Assembly (NCBI GenBank): GCA_016784965.1
Contig: JADHTQ010000004.1
Coordinates: 17,990 to 81,989 of the forward strand
DNA from: Bacteriovoracaceae bacterium
GTDB taxonomy: Bacteria; Bdellovibrionota; Bacteriovoracia; Bacteriovoracales; Bacteriovoracaceae
Length of the DNA stretch: 64,000 nt
Reading direction: 5' to 3'
Shown here: positions 58,113 to 64,000 of the stretch, one piece after another
How positions within the stretch are numbered: position 1 is the first letter of the stretch
How the letters are laid out: each line of letters begins with the position of its first letter
Translations under genes and position numbers: made by a program
Notes under the pieces: generated by a model
Databases searched by the model: none
Told to the model about the DNA's origin: nothing
The model's input: only the letters and a program-made list of their open reading frames with translations

Positions 58113-60620
58113 TCACAGTTTTATAGTGTCTAAATATTCTAAATCCTTCTTTGTGAGTGCTTTTACCAGGGAAAGTTTAATTTCTACTCTCCTTGATAAT
58201 CGACAATCATAGGGCCCACATCTTTGTTTATCTGCAACACTGGCCAGCTGTCGTGTAGGAGCAGATAAAACAATGGACTCCGCGTGAGAGCTGCCCTTTA
58301 TAGATGCTATATTTTGCATTTTCCCTCTGTTTTTTAAACTGATGGGAAAAGTTTTATGCTTGTTTATAAATAAAAAGCGGTAAACAGCGGCAGCACGCTG
58401 AAGACTTAGGTCCATATTGTAAGAATGAGCTACCTTATTTACTGCCGTCGGAGAAACATAATGTCCAACGTATCTGGGACTTGAGTGCCCTTCGATGAGA
58501 ATCTTGTCCACTTTGGCCCTTATTTGTTTGTTAGAAAAAAAGTACCTTAAAATTATTTTAGAGGTACGCAAAAGCCTCATTTTCATCCTGGTGCTGAGTA
58601 GATAACTATCAACTTTAAAAAGTAAGTCATTTACAAAGACAAATGAAATTTCATTTTTAATTCTGTCATATTTGACTATGGCATTACCACCAACTGCTCT
58701 TGTTAGTAAGGTCTCTAACTTGTCATAGTTGTTTACTTCTGCAGGGGTGAGAGTTCTATATTTTTGCAGCTGTTGGTTAGCTCGCCTCAAATGACCGAGG
58801 CTCTCTCTTAAAGTGGAGTTGTCCTTACTTAGATCTCTATTTTTTTTGCCTAATCTATCAAGCCCCAATAACTTTAAAAGAGACTTCTCCTGCTGTTTGG
58901 CCTGCTTTGCAAAAGCTCCCCTTTTTAGAGTTTGAAATGGATCAACAGCAGACTGAGCTCGTACAATTTGAGCAGATTTTTCTTTGGCCTTTACTAGTTG
59001 TCTTCGCAGTTTTCCAATTACATTTCTGCTGTTTTGAATTGCCTTATCATTTTCACCAATCATCTCTTTGAGCTGCCCATTGGTCTTTGCTATGCCTTCT
59101 AACTTCTGTCTAACTTTACCACCCATAAGCTTACTCTCGCCCAGGGCATTCTTCAGATCACCAATTTGTTTACGCAGAGCTGACAACATTTCTTGCTGTC
59201 TTTTGACCTGACCGGCAGCATTTTTATTTAACTCCTCCAGTGCCTGCTTTTGACTTTTTGCAACTGAAGCTGTTTTGCGACTTGCCTCTATCATTTTTTC
59301 TTTGGCATGTAGTTGGGCAGTCTTCTCGTTGATTTCATTTTGATTCTTCTGCAGCATCTGTTTATATTTTTCATTAGCCGCTTTTAAATTATTTAACTCA
59401 AGTTGTGCGGCTGTTGCTGTTTTGCGACTTGCCTCTATCATTTTTTCTTGTGCATTTAGTTGGGCCGTCTTCTCATTGATCTCATTTTGATTCTGCTGCA
59501 CCATTTGTTTATATTTCTCATTGGCGACTCTTAAAGTATCTAACTCTTTTTGAGCACTGGCATTTGTCATCTCCCTTTGTTGCAGGGCACTTTTTGCTTC
59601 CGCCATGTCTTTTGAAATTTTATCAATTTTAGCTTTTCTTATTTTTGCTAGCTCTATACTTTTTTGATATTCATCTTTATAGTCTTCTAGTACCTTCTTA
59701 CTATGAACTAGCTCTAATTTAGCGAGTTTTGCGGCCTTGATTAGTTTATCTGTCTGCTTAATTAGCTTTTGCTTCTTACTAATTTCAAGTTGTTTTTGTT
59801 CAATTGTTTGCTTTAATTTACTATTAACTTCCTCAGTTTTAGCAAACTTTTGTTGAACTTGTGAACTCTCCAACTCTCTTTGCTTTAAGCTTTCTTTCAT
59901 CACGTCAATTTTTTTACTTAGCTGTGTTATTTGCTCTTGTTTGTTCTGTGATAGTTGTTCAACTTTTTTATAATCTTCTTCGACAATCTTTTTCTGCTGC
60001 GCCATGGCCTTTTCATGGTCCCTGGCAGCTTTTATCATTTTATTTTTAATCCTTATGACTTCTGCTTTTTTAGATATTTTTTCCTTATTATTTTCAATCT
60101 GTCTTTCATACTCTCGCTTTACATCTTCAAGTTTTTTGAGCTTCACTTTATTTTTTACTACCTTGTCAGCTTCAACTTTTAAATCACTCTCAAGCATCTT
60201 AACTTTTTGAGCAAGGGCCTCAAGTTTGGTGTGCTTTCTTTTACTAAGTGCCGCAATTTTCATGTAATCGGTCTTATAATCTTCAATGATCTTCTTTTGA
60301 TTTTTAACCGTCTCAACAAAGGTATTCATCTCCTGAAGCTTTTGTTGCCAATCTTCCATATCCTTATACGTCTGCTCTAAGGACTCGGTTCTTTTTTGTA
60401 CATTATGGGTAATTTTAGTTGGGATATCTTTGTCAACGTTGATCTTTTCGTCTTCAAATTCCTGCTTTAAAACAGCAGTATTGATCCCTTCTTTTACCGC
60501 ACTAAAAATGTACAACATCAAAAAGATGATAAACAAGACAGTAAAAAGATCACTGTAGCTTGCCCAAAACGTACCATCTTCACCTTGTTTCTTTTTTAAT
60601 TTTTTTGCTAATTTATTCAT
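58113..60620 (-). CDS. MotB-like protein: MotB-type TM/plug with conserved Asp + ~570-aa coiled coil + OmpA-like peptidoglycan-binding domain
   Basis: WASYSDLFTVLFIIFLMLYIF matches the MotB W-x-x-Y-x-D-x-x-T-x-L TM motif. A long K/E/Q-rich heptad region follows. C-terminal IEGHSSPRY...DLSLQRAAAVYRFL...LSRRVEIKL is OmpA-like. Confidence 0.7.
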   Translation of the reverse strand: MNKLAKKLKKKQGEDGTFWASYSDLFTVLFIIFLMLYIFSAVKEGINTAVLKQEFEDEKINVDKDIPTKITHNVQKRTESLEQTYKDMEDWQQKLQEMNTFVETVKNQKKIIEDYKTDYMKIAALSKRKHTKLEALAQKVKMLESDLKVEADKVVKNKVKLKKLEDVKREYERQIENNKEKISKKAEVIRIKNKMIKAARDHEKAMAQQKKIVEEDYKKVEQLSQNKQEQITQLSKKIDVMKESLKQRELESSQVQQKFAKTEEVNSKLKQTIEQKQLEISKKQKLIKQTDKLIKAAKLAKLELVHSKKVLEDYKDEYQKSIELAKIRKAKIDKISKDMAEAKSALQQREMTNASAQKELDTLRVANEKYKQMVQQNQNEINEKTAQLNAQEKMIEASRKTATAAQLELNNLKAANEKYKQMLQKNQNEINEKTAQLHAKEKMIEASRKTASVAKSQKQALEELNKNAAGQVKRQQEMLSALRKQIGDLKNALGESKLMGGKVRQKLEGIAKTNGQLKEMIGENDKAIQNSRNVIGKLRRQLVKAKEKSAQIVRAQSAVDPFQTLKRGAFAKQAKQQEKSLLKLLGLDRLGKKNRDLSKDNSTLRESLGHLRRANQQLQKYRTLTPAEVNNYDKLETLLTRAVGGNAIVKYDRIKNEISFVFVNDLLFKVDSYLLSTRMKMRLLRTSKIILRYFFSNKQIRAKVDKILIEGHSSPRYVGHYVSPTAVNKVAHSYNMDLSLQRAAAVYRFLFINKHKTFPISLKNRGKMQNIASIKGSSHAESIVLSAPTRQLASVADKQRCGPYDCRLSRRVEIKLSLVKALTKKDLEYLDTIKL
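59269..59562 (-). repeat. tandem duplication, 2 x 147 nt (49 aa), inside the coiled-coil region
   Basis: GCTGTTTTGCGACTTGCCTCTATCATTTTTTC... recurs at 59269 and 59416. The protein copies are ANEKYKQMVQQNQNEINEKTAQLNAQEKMIEASRKTA and ANEKYKQMLQKNQNEINEKTAQLHAKEKMIEASRKTA. Confidence 0.85.
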
Positions 60621-60690
60621 AAAAACTCTTTTGCAAAAATACCTCGTCCTCTTATCGAGGTTTCTGCTGAAAACTTAAGTAATTTTTGAC

Positions 60691-63537
60691 TCATCGCGCC
60701 AAGCGACTGAAATTAGTTACTATGCCAATAGGACACAGCAGACGACAAAAACTTCTGCGAATAAATATAGACAAAATATTGAAAAAAATGACAGCACCCA
60801 CGATTGTAGCACTGGTGGTGTAGCTGTTATGAAAAAAATAATTATACCAGTCAAAATTAGATGAAGACAGCGATTTAGAGGGACCATCAACTTTTATATA
60901 TAGCCCAATAACCACAATGACAATTACAGCTGAAACAAAGCTGATCAACTTTGATTTTTTTAAACTACTGCGACAAATTTGGGCCTGACCATCTTCTAAA
61001 GTGCCGATGGGACACATTCCATAGCACCACATCTGGCGGTCTAAGTTGATAAGCAGTGCCGCTGGGATAAAATATGCTCGCATAATGCCAAAAACACACT
61101 TTCTAGGACATGCATGACAAAAAATATAAGGTACACTAAAGTAGCATCTAAACAATGGATAAATTGCTAAAGGCCAAAAAGCAAAAAAATAAATCCATGA
61201 AGTATACTTCACATTGAATTGCCATTTGGGGTTGTAGGCGACAGTAATTTTCCAAGCAAGTATTATCAACAAAACATAGTGCAACCAGGGCCTAAGAGAA
61301 AAGGCATACACAATTGCATTGGTTTTTGGTATAACCATTGAAAGTCCAATCCCCCAAAAGATAAATAACATCAATCCATAACTTAAAAATTGCTCTAAAT
61401 TTACGTCCTTAAATGGCCTATAAGCGGATGTAACTTTTGGGATTACAACTAATCCCAAAATTGATGTGATCTTTATAAGCATAATGATCAACAAGGACTT
61501 GTGAATTCCCAAATAGGGGATCATAAATGCACTTATTAAAAATGCTCCCAGCGCTCCTCCCAAAAAATCTAAAGCATAGACAAATCCAGCGGTTTCAGTG
61601 GCGTTTACGGGTGACGTTTTTGCAATGTAGGCCAACTGGCCCCCCAATAAAATACCAAATAGGGTGTTATAAACTGGTGTTGCAAATGCTGAAGATAAGG
61701 GGCCAATTACAATTACAAAAATAAACAAAACAATCAAAAAGTCAGCTTTTAAAAGCAGCCTGGAGGTGTTTAACTTAGATCCAAAGAAGGCACCAATTGC
61801 CAAGCCAAGAATAAAACATGTAATAATAAAACTTAGTTGGTTGTAAAGATATCCAAAACGTATTTGGTATAGCAAAATGAGAATTACTTGCATTCCCATT
61901 GCACTAAAGCTACTAGACAAAAGAGTAAATGAATCCGCAAGCTCACTGCTTTTTGCTAATAAAATAAAGACAACAATAACAATTCCCAAAATTAATAATA
62001 TGGGAATTAAAAGAGTTGCATCTAGCTTTTTTAACCAGTATTGAAAATGATAGTAGTATCCAATGGGTGATAGATCCCGATTTACAAGTGAGTTCGACTG
62101 CACTAAAACTTTTGCCTGTCTTAAGCGATCTGGGGTTAAGATACTTTTTAGATAATTGGAATTGACAAACTTGGTATCTAACTTCTCTTTTTTAATTTTG
62201 TCACCAATGTTGTAACTTAAAGCACTAGCAGATGCCAGAAAATAGTTTTGACCCCCTGGAATTATTATTATCTGCTCAAAACAATTTGCCAGGGCCTTAT
62301 AAACTGATGATGAAAATTGCTTTAACTCTTCAGAGTCGTAATTGGCAGAACTGCTAAGGGCAAAAGACAAAATACCACCTTTACCAAGTGCACCTTTTAC
62401 AATTTTAAAAAATTCTTGAGTATAAAACCTTCCAATTTGTGCATTGATTGGATCGGGCAGATCAATTATAACGACATCGTATTTATGCTCACCTGAAGTG
62501 TTTGCCAAAAATTTGATAGCATCACCACTAATGAAATTAACTTTTGGTTTAGTGATAGTTGATGCTTGTTTTTTGGCAAGAGCTAAAATTAATGGGTTTT
62601 GTTCTACCAGATCAATACTGTTAGCGTCATGGTATTTGGCAACTTCAAATATCAAATTATTAACACCTCCAGAAACAAGCAAAACCCTCTTAGGCAAGGG
62701 GTGTTGAATCATGGCATAATGAACTATCTCTTCTGACTGGCCAACATGAGGTATTGAAGCAATTGGAGTTCCATTTTCATAAATACTTACTTGACCTCTA
62801 TCTTCAGTTATAGCAACAACACCATAAGGAGTTGATTGATGTAGCAATATTTTTTTTGTGGGATATTGTGCTTTTAGTATTTTTTCTTCTAAGGAACCGC
62901 TCACAATTACAACCGGTACAACAATGGCCAGCAAAGTGGCAACTATGCTTAAGCTCTTATACTGGTAGTAATAAGTTAAAACTGCGGCCACAAGCAAGTT
63001 TATTACACACAACAAGACCAATGTTTGGAAGGAGTCCAAAAAATAAACAAGACAAAAACTAAAAAGCAATCCCCCAACTAAATCGCCAAGAGAATCTAGA
63101 AAATATATTTTAGCAACTCCTGCACCTTCTTGATAATCCTTAGTGATTATAAAAACAAAAAAGGTCATTAGGGCACCAGAGAGCAAACAAATTGGCAAAA
63201 GTCCCACAAAAGAGAGCCAAAAGGCTTGAAACAATCCGACAGAAATGCCTACAACAATGATACTTTTGTAAATCGTTAACGCCCAAAACAAAAGCAGTGG
63301 CAAGATGGCGAGGATAAATTGACAAATAATTAAAAGGACTTTTGTATTTTTAATCTTCTGGCCAAATTGGCCAATAAATGCACCCGTGCCTTGAAGAAGC
63401 GCCCAGTTGCCTAAAACCAGACCAATGGTTAGCTCATTGCCAGAAAATAGTGTGAGAAATTCTCTAAGAAAAACAAACTGAGTGATTAAAGCAGAGATTC
63501 CAAGTGAAGTGATACACAAATATATTACATAACTCAT
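60691..63537 (-). CDS. polytopic membrane fusion: N-terminal multi-TM + spermidine-synthase-like (SAM-fold) domain + second multi-TM block + C-terminal CX3CP (NapH/NosR/CcoG-like) module
   Basis: VLLVSGGVNNLIFEVAKY...DLVEQNP...YDVVIIDLPDP...FYTQEFF are SpeE-like motifs flanked by many TM helices. The C-terminal ~200 aa contains FCHACPRKC, WCYGMCPIG and FCRLLCPIG between TM helices. Confidence 0.65.
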   Translation of the reverse strand: MSYVIYLCITSLGISALITQFVFLREFLTLFSGNELTIGLVLGNWALLQGTGAFIGQFGQKIKNTKVLLIICQFILAILPLLLFWALTIYKSIIVVGISVGLFQAFWLSFVGLLPICLLSGALMTFFVFIITKDYQEGAGVAKIYFLDSLGDLVGGLLFSFCLVYFLDSFQTLVLLCVINLLVAAVLTYYYQYKSLSIVATLLAIVVPVVIVSGSLEEKILKAQYPTKKILLHQSTPYGVVAITEDRGQVSIYENGTPIASIPHVGQSEEIVHYAMIQHPLPKRVLLVSGGVNNLIFEVAKYHDANSIDLVEQNPLILALAKKQASTITKPKVNFISGDAIKFLANTSGEHKYDVVIIDLPDPINAQIGRFYTQEFFKIVKGALGKGGILSFALSSSANYDSEELKQFSSSVYKALANCFEQIIIIPGGQNYFLASASALSYNIGDKIKKEKLDTKFVNSNYLKSILTPDRLRQAKVLVQSNSLVNRDLSPIGYYYHFQYWLKKLDATLLIPILLILGIVIVVFILLAKSSELADSFTLLSSSFSAMGMQVILILLYQIRFGYLYNQLSFIITCFILGLAIGAFFGSKLNTSRLLLKADFLIVLFIFVIVIGPLSSAFATPVYNTLFGILLGGQLAYIAKTSPVNATETAGFVYALDFLGGALGAFLISAFMIPYLGIHKSLLIIMLIKITSILGLVVIPKVTSAYRPFKDVNLEQFLSYGLMLFIFWGIGLSMVIPKTNAIVYAFSLRPWLHYVLLIILAWKITVAYNPKWQFNVKYTSWIYFFAFWPLAIYPLFRCYFSVPYIFCHACPRKCVFGIMRAYFIPAALLINLDRQMWCYGMCPIGTLEDGQAQICRSSLKKSKLISFVSAVIVIVVIGLYIKVDGPSKSLSSSNFDWYNYFFHNSYTTSATIVGAVIFFNILSIFIRRSFCRLLCPIGIVTNFSRLAR

Positions 63538-63625
63538 CCTTAGAATTTTATAAATTTTTAAACATAATTGACATCGGTTTTATTGTCACAATGAAAAAAA
63601 ATTTTAAAAATTTGATACCTTCGCT

Positions 63626-64000
63626 TTATAGTTCAGTATTGAGCTTACAAGTTAAAAGAACGTCTCCAAAATCTTCAAGCTGCATTTTGCCTGTAATCAA
63701 AACTTCATCATCTGAAGCAACAGCAAGCTTCAACCAAAAGCGATGAATAGTTTCACCACCGTTTACTTCACCATCATCTGCATCAAATGCAAACGAGCCA
63801 TCTATTTTTTCAGGAAGCCCCATATCTTCTTTTGTTTTTGCTAAAAATGGTCCTGTTGCCAGCATAAAATGCACATCATCTATCTGTTGTGATAGTGCAG
63901 CTATGAAAGTTGGTCTTTTGGTATCGGGGCTGCTGATTTTGGCCACATCTGCTAGAATTCTCAATGTAACCTTTACTTTTTCCTCCTCAAATTGAGCTGA
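63626..64000 (-). CDS. hypothetical protein, probably 5'-truncated by the window edge
   Basis: The frame stays open to base 64000 (SAQFEEEKVKVTLRILADV...). The TTG at 63964 on the ORF track lies 17 nt after GGAGG, which is poor spacing. No motif recognised. Confidence 0.35.
   Translation of the reverse strand, partial: SAQFEEEKVKVTLRILADVAKISSPDTKRPTFIAALSQQIDDVHFMLATGPFLAKTKEDMGLPEKIDGSFAFDADDGEVNGGETIHRFWLKLAVASDDEVLITGKMQLEDFGDVLLTCKLNTEL

Noticed and set aside
57122-60620. Zorya (ZorAB) anti-phage system
   Set aside because: In Zorya the long coiled-coil tail is on the MotA-like ZorA, and ZorC/ZorD-type (or ZorE-type) genes accompany it. Here the coiled coil is on the MotB-like protein, the A-like protein is short, and the neighbours are a SpeE-like fusion and an rSAM enzyme.

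Overview
AT-rich Gram-negative chromosomal window, almost fully coding, with about 58 supportable CDSs. I found no rRNA, tRNA, CRISPR array, transposase or integrase. Gene content suggests a Bdellovibrio/Bacteriovorax-like predatory lineage: a RomR-like regulator, many secreted Cys-rich orphans and a giant adhesin-like lipoprotein. That taxonomic call is inference only. Housekeeping genes recognised from motifs are slt, fhs, purA, hpt, gpsA, nagZ, mreB, an amn-like gene, thrC, an ApgM-like gene and acyP. Several accessory clusters sit between them. (1) 55883-63537, minus strand: a polytopic spermidine-synthase-like/CX3CP fusion, a MotB-plug/OmpA protein with a roughly 570-aa coiled coil, an ExbB/MotA-like channel, and a radical SAM enzyme with a textbook Tat signal. 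I consider this the best candidate for an undescribed envelope system. (2) 51407-55878: a RiPP-like cluster with a 75-aa precursor candidate, a radical SAM/SPASM maturase, an ABC exporter with a TPR tail, and an outer-membrane barrel. (3) 19401-25706: an eight-gene translationally coupled operon that looks like a porin-cytochrome conduit, with 30 CXXCH motifs in total. (4) 33452-40767: three FHA-TM proteins (two with TPR-like tails, one with a HAMP/PAS-like tail), a PP2C phosphatase and a RomR-like response regulator, with no kinase visible. (5) 6644-13912: a roughly 2400-aa lipoprotein with nine cadherin-like repeats and an FGE-type domain that appears split by an LVIVD propeller. (6) 26015-26594: a DUF4160/RHH toxin-antitoxin-like pair. 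All calls come from reading translated motifs, with no database search, so family names are pattern-recognition calls.
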